Shown here: positions 13,701 to 25,700 of the stretch, piece by piece
Numbering within the stretch: the stretch's first letter is position 1
Layout: every line of letters starts with the position of its first letter
Assembly (NCBI RefSeq): GCF_006345805.1
Contig: NC_043003.1
Location: 39,804,001 to 39,868,000 of the forward strand
Length of the DNA stretch: 64,000 nucleotides
Direction: 5' to 3'
Origin: Octopus sinensis
Lineage: Eukaryota
Program-made: the position numbers and the translations under genes
Notes under the pieces: generated by a model
Database searches by the model: none
Seen by the model: the letters and a program-made list of their open reading frames with translations, nothing else
Told to the model about the DNA's origin: nothing

Positions 13701-16700
13701 CATGAATAGACGGCATTAATTTGGAACCAGTCAACTATGACTGTGGCAAAAACGGATTTAAATATTATTTGCAAAACATCAATGTACATGACTGAAAATG
13801 AATACAGAAAAATTTGTTTGTTAGGAGAGACTTTTTGAATAGCAGACATGTTTCATGCTCTTCTAAAGGTTTTCTGTTAGATGAACATAATGATGATAAT
13901 TATGTGTGTGTGAGTGTGTATATATATATTATTGAAAACGTGGTGCAGGGAAACAACAAAGAAACAATAAAATAGGGAAAGAAAATCTACACATACAACA
14001 GATGTAGATATGCTCAACCTCTCATCAGTTGTCAAACAAATATCATCACAATTTCAACACCTTATGATGTGTGTGTATGTGTATGTATGTCTGAGTGCAT
14101 AATGCATTAAACATAATCATACACAGAACATCAACTGCCAAGATGACATACTTCTTGACAGTCAAGATGGAGTCTAAATTAAGAAAGTTTTGCTCTCTGA
14201 CTTTAATAGGGTCATTCTCCACATAAGATCTATTTTTAGTTCCCTGCAGAAATAAAGATATGTATGATGATGATGATGAAAGAAAACAGTCAAATTCTTA
14301 CTTTGGATTTCTGAGTCTGTTATCGTTAATATCTTCATCCAGGAGAGAAATCTTTGAAAAGTCAGAGTCATCAGCCTGAAAAATAGACCATTAGTATTAT
14401 CATCTTCATGATCATAATTATCATCATCATTAACATCATTAGGATAAAAATAAACCAAAAAAAAACATGACAACTACTTCAAATATGGCTGAAACCAGGC
14501 CACCTAATCCTCCATTTTATTGTCTGTGAATCATTTGTATAAAACTTGTTTACACTTGTCTAGTGAATTTCATTACGCATCACATCAAAGGCTAAAATTT
14601 GTATTGCTTACTCGAATATTCTCTATAGTATGTTTGCATTTTTCTGAAACACACCATTTATTCTATAAATGATAATCAATTAATTGATCAAACTGCCAGA
14701 AAATGTGCTATTTATGCACATCAAATTTTTGGTTTTGGGAGGGCCTTAAGATATATATATATATATAAAATCTTTCTATTTACAGAAGACAGGCAAAAAT
14801 GCAATCTCTGATGAGTTGTACCAAATAAGGCTGAAGCACATGCAATGATGATGATCATCATCATGAGTCTGCATGAGTCCCTTTTGCAGTCAACTCCAGT
14901 AAAACTTTAGTGAAGTTTTGCGAAAGTTATGCTATTAAATAATGGATGAAGATTAGCTAATAGGGAACTCTGTTTATGACAGTAATTCTGATATTTGAAG
15001 GAGAGCTGGATTAGTCCAATGAAATTGTAGTACTGCTATCAAAGAGTTTCGTGGAATTATGAACAAAGTAACATGCGAGTTGACTGTTTGATAACAAATA
15101 TTTATCTTTGCATATCAAAATCCTTTCTTTAAACCCTCAACTTTAGAAAGTAATCCACTAAGATTAGTGACCTTGATATTAGTATATGGCTATGGATGTT
15201 AGGAAGTAAGTATTACTCCTTGACAACTCCTGTTGGGTGAAAAAGGAAGGTGACCTATAGGCTGGTGTTTCTGATGGCAACTACGATATGGCTGTTGTCA
15301 TGAACCACATTGGATTATTTACTCTGACAATCTTAAGTGCACATGCCTCCAAAGCTTCACCTTGTACAGAGACAACTGCATAACTGTTTCAAGTTATATG
15401 AACAGCTATGCCATGGACAAATTTAAGAAGAACTTAAAAGGATTCAAGTTCATCATCATCATCATCATCGTTTAACGTCCGCTTTCCATGCTAGCATGGG
15501 TTGGATGATTTGACTGGGGGTTGGCGAGCCAGATGGCTGCACCAGGCTACAATCTTGATCTGGCAGAGTTTCTACAGCTGGATGCCCTTCCTAATGTCAA
15601 CCACTCCGAGAGTGTAATGGGTGCTTTTTACGAGCCACCGGCACAGGGGCCCATCAGGCAGCACTGGCAACAACCTCGCTCGAATCTTTTTATACATGCC
15701 ACCGGCACAGGTGCCAGTGAAGCGATGTTGGTAATGATCACGCTCGAATTGTGCCCTTTTACGTGCCACGTGTACAGAAGCCAGTTGGCTGCTCTGGCAA
15801 TGAGCACGCTCGGATGGTGCTCTTGGCACCCTACTAGCACATGCATAAGTGCCAGTAAGGCGACGCTGGTAACTTTCATACTCAAATAGCCGCTCTGTCA
15901 ACGATCACACTCGTATGGTGCTCTTTGCACCCCGCTAGCATGAATGCCAGTCATCGAATTGATTTTGATTTATATTAAACATAATTTTCACCACCACTCT
16001 AACTATTTTTATTGTCTTGGGCATTACTTTTGACGTCAACACAGTTAAGAAAGCCTATTGAAGAGAACACATAATTTCATGAATAGACGGCATTAATTTG
16101 GAACCAGTCAACTATGACTGTGGCAAAAACGGATTTAAATATTATTTGCAAAACATCAATGTACATGACTGAAAATGAATACAGAAAAATTTGTTTATGT
16201 TAGGAGAGACTTTTTGAATAGCAGACATGTTTCATGCTCTTCTAAAGGTTTTCTGTTAGATGAACATAAAGAATGTTAAGATGTAAAAACACTTTGAAGG
16301 AAATAACCAAGTATAGCAGTACCTCTGTATATTCTGGTTTCTTCATCAAATCAACAGCACCAGGGAATTTGACATGTGGTCGATTCTGGAATGGAAATGG
16401 AAAAAAGCAAAATGTATCACTATCACACATATGGTGCATGAAGACATCATATAGAAGTCCTACATGATGAAGAGAGGGCTGTTCATGTTGAGCAAACCAA
16501 TGAAAACTGTATAAGTATGTGACCCCCACCCCACCCCCAACATTACATGATCTCTCAGATCTCCTGATTTCAACTCTTGGACTACTATGTCTGTGGTGTT
16601 ACCAGAGGATGAGACTGACCAGCAACTCTATGATGCCAAGGACTTTTTGGCAGTTGAAGTAATGGGCTTGGTGGGTAGCATGTGAAGGGTCAACTGATCC

Positions 16701-19700
16701 TAACAAGCGGTCACCTTTGTAGCTACATAAAGAATATCATTGAAAGCAAGGGGATGGTTTTGTTATCTTGTTTGTTTCATTGACATACCTTGTTGAATGT
16801 GTGTCATTTTACTAGGGTCATGTTGTTAATTTTCTGTTTGGTATCTTAATCTCTACCTTTATTGTTTTGCTCTTAGTTGTTTGGCACATTCTGCACACAC
16901 ACAAAATGTCACACACACACACAAACGTCCAGCTATAAACATAAACTATCAAAAGCAGCAAATATGCATGTACAGGCATGGCAGTGTGGTTAGGAAGCTT
17001 GATTCTCAACCACATGGTTTTGGGTTAAGTCCCACAGCATGGCAATTGAGCAAGTGTCTTTTCTATAGCCTCGGGCTGACTGAAGCCTTGTGATTGAATT
17101 TGGTAAGCAAAAGTTTCTATCATGTGGGTGTGTGTGTGAAAGTGTTTGTGCCTCCTTTAATATATATATATATATATATATGTACAAACAAAACTACAAA
17201 CACAATCCTAGTTATAAACATATGGAAACATTATTACACTCTTAACACACATAGACATCTGCAAACTTAAATATACATATTTGATGTTCTTGACCAGTTA
17301 TAGTCAGCAGATGCTAATCAATGTGGAGTAACCTCTCCTGTCTCATTACCACACAAAATTGCAAATGTGTAGGAATAAACAAGATAAAACTGGAAATACA
17401 AGCACTAAACATACAAGAGACAGTGTATAAGATAGCTAAGTATAGCCAGGAATTACAATGATCTGGAAGAATAAATGCGTCATTATGAAAAGTTACCAGT
17501 GTCATAACATATAAAATTGGTTGTATGTATGGATAGCAGGGCTTATGTTGTATGTGTATGTGGGTATATATGTGTTGTGTGTATGTGTGTGTGTATGTGT
17601 GAGAGATAGAAAGATATATGTGTAGGAAGGTTTGATGTGTGTGAGTGTATGAACATGATGTGTGTGTTTATAGAAAATATTAATTTTTTTTGTAGTTTTT
17701 AGTCAGAGAGTAAGGTATTCTTTTCTGCTCTGGGCACAAGGCCTGAAATTTTGTGGGATGTATACAACTGGTACTTAATTTATCGACCCCAAAAGGACGA
17801 AGGCAAAATCGACCTTGGCAGAATTTGAACTTAAAATGTAAAGACGGGCGAAATACCGCTAAGCATTTCACCCGGTGTGTTAATGTTTCTGCCAGCTCAC
17901 CGCCAGGGAGTAAGGTATTTCCCCCTTACTCTCCTTGACTGGAAGGAAGGGGCAAGGAAAGTATGACCTGGCCTGAATGCTTGCAACAGAGTGGATTCTG
18001 CAATGATGTGCATGAATGTAATGTGTATGTATGTAGTATGTTTGTGGTATGAAGTGACGTGTGTGTGTGTGTTGATTATTGAAAAAGTGTGTGAAAGCAA
18101 CTCGAGGGAGGAAATGAAAAATGTAGTTATAAGAGAGAATAAGTGTTGGTGATAATGGAACGTATGATGTTATGGGAAAAGAGGGGTGAATGGACATTGA
18201 TATTTCAAAAGAGAGGGGTAGAGATAGAGAGAGAGAGAGAGGGGGTAGAGATTAAAAGAAAGAGAGAGGAGTAAAGACAGAGAGAGGGTAGGGATAGATA
18301 GATAGTGAGAAGGGTTGGTGGAAGAGATATTAACAACGTAGGCAAATACACAAACCAAACAACATATCACATGAATAAATGTGACAGGGGAAGTGAACAC
18401 ATTGCTGTTATGTTTGTCTATTGAGTTTTTATGCTATTTCATAATGACAATGCAATTTTGATGCTAATTACATAGTAAATATATTTAAGGAAGAAAATGA
18501 TGTTGCTCCGTTGTTGATCAGAGCATATAGGAATCCCATAAATCAAGTTTTCATAAAACACACACAGAGTTAAATACAACTCTTAAAGAGTGAATTAGTG
18601 AAACTATTGAGAACAGACTATATTTCACTGATAAAGTTTAATAAGGCCGAAACATGTCTGAAGTTGTCACTGCTCTGTCAAGGATCAGGCAGACTTACTA
18701 CAACATTGTAATTTAATACTGCCTTTACCATATTTCTGTTAAAATTCACTGCCTTTGTTTCGGTTAATTTTAAAATAATGAAGAATTTGTTAAAATATCT
18801 ATGTCATTACTTAAGCTGTGTTTGGAGTACAAGCATGAAATTTTGATGGAAGATTTTTCATGTCCTCTATAGCCTTTCCCCCACTCCCTCTCCGAACCAA
18901 GAGGTCTAAAATACACTTGTGCCCATGTAAATTTTAAGCACCCATGCCAGTAGCATGTAAAAGACACTCAGTAAAGTAATTGGCACTAGGAAGGCACCCA
19001 GCCATAGAAACCATTTCAAAACAGACAGTTGGAGCCTGGCCAGCTCCTGTCAAACTATCCAGCCAATGCCAGAATGGAAATCAGATATTAAATGATGATG
19101 AAACAGCAAGTTATTATCATAGAACCAAAGGTGATCTTGGGGCAAGTTGGTATCAAAAGAATTACATTATTCAAACCTTTTAATGCCAAACCATCTGAAC
19201 CTGTCCTTGGTTGTATGATACCACCTTTCCATATTAAAGTGATCTAAATTAAAACATTCCATCAAAATTTCAAGTTAAATTATGTTCCAAACACCAACTT
19301 AATAATGACCGAGACCTTTGGAAATATGCAGTGCATAAGAAGACCCGGCAAGCCAAGTGAGACCATAACCCATGGCCTATGCCAGGGGTGTAACCAGCCC
19401 ACATATGTGTATCTTTCCTTCATTGGACACTAAACTCTGCTTGCAAAGACCTATCGAGGCAAGTGAAATTGAAATCGAATTAAATTCGATGACTGGCACC
19501 CGTGCCAGTGGAGCGCTAAGAGCACAATCCAAGCGTGATCATTGCCTGAGCATCTGACTGGCTTCCGTACCGGTGGCATGTGAAAAAACATTTGAGCGAG
19601 GTCGTTGCCAGTGCTGCTGGACTGGCTCCTGTGCAGGTGGCACATAAAAAACACCATTTGAGCATGGCCGTTGCCAGTCCCGCCTGACTGAGCATCATGC

Positions 19701-22700
19701 CAGTGGCACATAAAAGCACCCACTACACTCTCAGAGTAGTTGGCATTAGAAAGGGCATCCGGCTGTAGAAACTCTGCCTGATCACAATGGAGCCTGGTGC
19801 AGCCATCTGGTTCACCAGTCCTCAGTCAAATCGTCCAACCCATGCTAGCATGGACAGCGGATGTTAAACGATGATGATGATAATTTTAATATTTAATTGA
19901 AACAAAGATAACGTATTTCAACAGAAATATTGTAATGAATGGGTTAATTAATTTAAATTCCTTGCTGCATTTTACTATGATTAACATTCAATTTTAATTA
20001 AAATTTATTTGCTCACAGCATAAAATGTAACAGTACTTGTCTTACTCATTGTTTTCCATACAGTTGCCATCATTAAGCATTCCACCCACCCATTAGTCAT
20101 TCAAATATTTTAAAAGGGGACTCTGGAAAGTGTGATCCATGTACGGGGACTGAAGTGATACCGGAACAAAAGACAAACCTCAAGTTGGGATTGAATCATA
20201 TTCCCAATCTCAGCAACCTTTGTACCCTTTGTAGGAGTTGCTGTTGGACGATTTAGGGTCTTCTTAGAATGACCAGTTAGAATATTCCCTGCATCGAAAT
20301 CACTGCTGTAAAGAGAAAAAAAGCTGAAGTTAATACTTTTTACTGTAAAAAAAAAGGAAAAAATGGAAGACTCTGTGGTCATTTGATCTGCCAAAAATAA
20401 GAGCCAAATTTCCTTCAAATTACCTCCTCTGCCTTGAGTCTATAGAATCATGAGATTATAACATATCTGGATTTCTGTGGCATTTAAACAACTGATTATT
20501 CAACACTACATCCTGAATAGGATACCTGCCCATCATAGGGTTAACCAGCCAGCTGTTGTTGGTACTCCTCTTATATGAGTCAATTGGAGAAATGTGGAAC
20601 GAAATGCTTTACTCAAGAACACAAGATATTACCTGGTTCAAGAATTGATGTCATGATCTAACAATGGCGAACCCAACACTCTAAACCACTTGGCTCATAT
20701 GCTTTCACAAATCACACCCCACCATCTTAAAAATAGAAGTACACCAAGGATAATACAGTACCCCTATGATCACAGATTTGCTGTATGAGGCCAACCTGGG
20801 GAGTAAATAATAATACCAACATCATCATATTCATTTAATGTCCACTTTCTCTACTGGCATTGGGTTGACAGTTTGACTGAGGACTGGCAAGCCAAATGGC
20901 TGTACCAGGCTCCAATCTGATCTGGTAATGTTTCTACAGCTGGGATGCCCTTCCTAACGCCAACCACTCTGAGAATGTAGTGGGTGCTTTTTACGTGCCA
21001 CTGGCATGAGGGTCAGTCAGGTGGTACTGGCATTGACCACGCTTGAATGGTGCTTTTTACGTGCCAGTCAGGCGATACTGGCATCGGCCACAATAATGAC
21101 TTCACTTGACTCAACAGGTCTTCGCAAGAACAGTTTATTGCCTAATGATCGAAGGGTACTCTTTTGAACAATATTAACAAACCTCACTCTTTCTGTGTGT
21201 GTGGGGATATATCAGCCAGATAAGTATAGGATCTGAATTTCCTTAAGATTATACTCTACCATCCTAAAAATGGAAGGACATATTGAATAATGTACCAGTA
21301 GATACTCTGTTGAAATAGAATACAGGTTAGTCATGGTTTTATTATATAGTTCTAAAGATGCAAGACTAAACTAAACCTATGCTGCTGTGGCGGCGGCGGC
21401 GGCGGCTGCTGCCGCTGCTGCTGCTGCTGCTGCTGCCGCCGCCGCCGCCGCTGCACCACCACCACCACCACCACCAGCAGCAGCAGCAGATAAAACGAGA
21501 TGATGATATAAGTGTGTACTCAGGGTTCTCAAAAGTCACACATGGTTGATTAAGGTACTAAACTATTTACTGAATGGTCAGTGGTGCATGTCTTGTTACC
21601 AACAATATGCCAAAAGACTCAACACCTTAAGTCTAACCAGTTTGTGTTTATTTGATTTTCTTTTTTTGAAATCAATTTGAAAACAGTAGGGTTGTTGCGT
21701 ATATAACTAGTTTGTTGCATTTCTAATGGCAAGAATTTTAAGTGAGTGTTTGAATGTTTGAAATTTAATGCAAAGGACTTCTTTCAATGAGCACACTGAT
21801 GTTTATATCTTTTGCAAAAGATATAAATATAGATACATATATGATAAGTTTCAGCATGGTTTCTGTTGAACAAGTTTTACTAACATGCTATTAGTTATAC
21901 CAAGGTCTTAGTTGAAGACATTTGCTCATTGTGCAATCATGCAATTGTGAACAAATATGAAGGCAGTGAGCTGGCAGAAGCATTAGCACGCCGGGTGAAA
22001 TGCTTAGCGGTATTTCGTTTGTCTTTACAATCTGAGTTCAAATTCTGCCGAGGTCGACTTTGCCTTTCATCCTTTAAGGGTTGATAAATTAAGTACCAGT
22101 CAAGTACTGGGGTTGATGTAATTGACTCTACCCCTCCCAACAAAAGTTTCAAGGCCTTGTGCCTTCAGCAGAAAGGATTATTATTATCATTATTTGAGAA
22201 AACAAGAATGTACTCAACACTTCAAAATATAACATGACACTTACCTGTCTTCAGCATCAAAATCAGAAATTACATTTTTACGGGGCAAAGGAACTGGCTG
22301 CCTTTTAGGGTTCTCAGCATGATGTGATGGCTGAACTTTGTCAAGGGCTACACTCCTTGCTGGGGTTGCAGGGGACTTGGCTGGAGTGTTATAATGTTGG
22401 TCATTCAGAAGGGAGGAAACATCAGTATCAGTCCATGAATCAGTTTTCTCCTTATCACTATCATCGCTCTCACTCCAAGTTGTTGTTGGCTTTTGTTTTG
22501 GACCATTTGACCTTTTGTGGAGAAACAGAAAAAAAAATAGCAAAAAATAAAGTACTTAATAAATGAAACCGAATGGTTTCCACTACTTTCAAACCATCAC
22601 CCTTACTGTGGCCATCATCCTCCTTGTTTTCATTGTCATCCCCAACACATCAACACCTAGACATATATCTAACACTCTAGAACACTAGTACAATACCATT

Positions 22701-25700
22701 TTAAAATCATTGACCAATCCTCACACTCATTTCAGACAAACATAGAAAACGCATACACATAAAAGTAGCAATAGCATCAATAGCGAGATTAAGTCTAAAC
22801 CCTGAGGTGCACAGCACCAATTGTAGGTTCATAGAAGTAACAACTGTTGGCACTGACCAAATCTACAATGACTGCCTGTCACAACTGGCAGACACATGCC
22901 CATCTGTGTTCACACATGAACTGACTGGACAGTGGAAAGATAAAGAAAAAAAGACAATGTATCCAGAAGGTGACAGTGTGCCTTACATGATTGACCATCA
23001 CATACTGAGTCAACAAAATAATCTCTATAATCTCTTGTTTGATCTGATAGAAATAGCAGCCAAATTTCTCTCAAATCACACACTACTTTCTTGAAAAAAA
23101 GAAAAGGGAATACATCTAATCCTGCAAAAAGACTGAATAGTCACAACCTGAACACTTTTGATATGATAAGACTGACCTAAGGTTAAATTGAAACAACAGT
23201 CACTGTATACCAATGTGCATAGTATCTTCAGTTAAACTAAGATATGGTTTATCTGGAACAACAGATCTATGCGTTACACATAATTATTGACTAGGCGCAG
23301 GAGTGGCTGTGTGGTAAGTAGCTTGCTTACCAACCACATGGTTCCGGGTTCATTCCCACTGCGTGGCACCTTGGGTAAGTGTCTTCTACTATAGCCTCGG
23401 GCCGACCAAAGCCTTGTGAGTGGATTTGGTAGACGGAAACTGGAAGAAGCCCATCGTATATATGTATGGATATATGTATGTGTGTATATGTTTGTGTGTC
23501 TGTGTTTGTCCCCCCATCATTGCTTGACAACTGATGCTGGTGTGTTTACGTCCCCGTAACTTAGCGGTTCAGCAAAAGAGACTAATAGAATAAGTACAAG
23601 GCTTACAAAGAATAAGTCCTGGGGTCGATTTACTCGACTAGAAGGCGGTGCTCCAGCATGTTCGCAGTCAAATGACTGAAACAAGTAAAAGAGAGTAAAA
23701 GAGAGTATGTATGAACCATAAAGCTGCTGGACTAGAGCCAACCTGGGTCCAAACAGTGACAGTAGAGATGGCGGTGACGAGGACGATGACAGTAACAGAA
23801 AAAGAGACAGAATAAATTAAAAAAAGGTACAGTCAGTAAGAAAAGTCCAATCATACATTGTTGCTGTAGATATTCGTATTGACGGTACGGGCTCATAGCT
23901 GCTGGATGCGCCTTGAGAATGAATTTCAGCCTTCGAAATAATGGGTCTTGGAGCAAAAGTATCAATTGGCCGATGTGATGCTTGTTGTTGCTTTGGTTGC
24001 TGTTGCTTCTTTGGCATCTTGTTGCTGTTATCCTTCTTTGAATTAAATCTTACAGTTTGTTGGGGGCTGCGAACTTTTGGAGCTGCAATAAACAACCACG
24101 TAAAGTTTACAAATTAAAAATTACATAATAAAAACCTATGATGGTGCTTCTTTGCTTGTGAAAAGGGCAGGCAAATCATTCCTTAAATCAATCTGCCATT
24201 GTAACCCCTTTGAGACAACATTTCTACTGAAACACACCCACCTGTGTTTCAAACAGTTCTGCAAACAATCAAGAATTTAGAGAGTTTTAGTAAAATGAAA
24301 TTATGTTTGGAACAAGGTTACATTTTCTTACATAAAAATACAATGGAAGATTTTAATATAACAATAATAATAATAATAATAATAATAATTGTGTACAGTG
24401 CTCAGGTGCACTACAACTCATCTAAAGTGTATATATAATCAGGTGTAGTTTCGGCGGATTTCGGAAAGCATGAGGGCCTTAAAGGATGCAGTGTCATGGC
24501 AGTCAACAACTGACGCAGGCAGTTTATTCCATGCTTCAGCAACTCTGAGCGTGAAAAAATGTTTCCGAAAGTCATGGGAGCTGTGTGGTTTTCTGACTTT
24601 GTAGGCATGTCCACGTGTGTTAGACACATGGAGATCAAAAAGGTGTTCAGTGTTGTTGTTGGTGAGGTGGTTGATAACTTTGTGGGTGTTTACCAAGTCC
24701 GTCGCCAGACGCCAGAGCTTCAGTGAATCCATGCCCAGGGAAACAAGGCGCTCAGAATATGGTAGGTGTCTGATGGAGGGTATGCGTTTGGTTGCACGTC
24801 TCTGGACAGATTCCAGGAGGTCAATGTTCTGAGCAAGATAGGGGTTCCAAACTGATGATGCGAATTCCAAGTGTGGTTGTACCATAGCTGTATATAGTTT
24901 TAAATAGATGGCTGGAGAGCGGCTAACAAAAGTCTTGCTGAGTGATGCCAAGACACCCTCGGCCTTCTTGACAATTTTAGAGATATGCTTTGTCCAACGC
25001 AAATCACTGCTGACAGTGATGCCTAGGTCACGCTCGCAGGAGGATTTCTTGATATCAGTGTTGTGGAGGGAGTATGTGGACGCAGGGTTTTTTCTCCCAA
25101 AATGCATGGTGGTACACTTGTCCACAGCCAGTTTCAGTTGCCAGTCTGTGATCCATTGCTGCATTGTGTCTAGGTCTGATTGCAGGAAAGAGTTGTAGAC
25201 ATCAGGATCTGTCCTCTTGATTTCAAGGTACAGCTTGATGTCGTCTGCATATTTCAATACTGTGGCATTCTTTAAATTGGCATCTATGTCATTAATGTAT
25301 GCCACAAACAAGAGGGGACCAAGGTGTACCCTGTGGTACACCCGATGACATCTCATATGGTGTAGAATGCTGTCCTAGAACTGTGACTACCTCCTTTCGG
25401 CTGAGAATGAAGGATTTCAACCAGTTAAAAAGGTCATCCCTCACACCCATTGCAGAGAGTTTCACCATAAGCCTTTTGTGTGGCACAGAGTTGAAAGCCT
25501 TAGCAAAGTCAAGGTAGACAACATCCACCCATGAGCCACTGTCAGTGATCTGAGTAATGTCCTCAAGGAACTTGACAAGCTGATCACTGCAGCTGGAGTT
25601 AGGGACAAATCCATATTGTGAGGGTCGGATGAGACTGTGAGAGCTCCAGAAGTTCCAGAGTGTTTCTCTGACACACGATTCCATCAGTTTTGCAATACAG

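Noticed and set aside
23294-23370. SINE heads as functional tRNAs
   Set aside because: A and B boxes present but no complete cloverleaf; they continue into SINE bodies
24617-25517. Plus-strand ORFs within the LINE
   Set aside because: Antisense shadows of the RT frame
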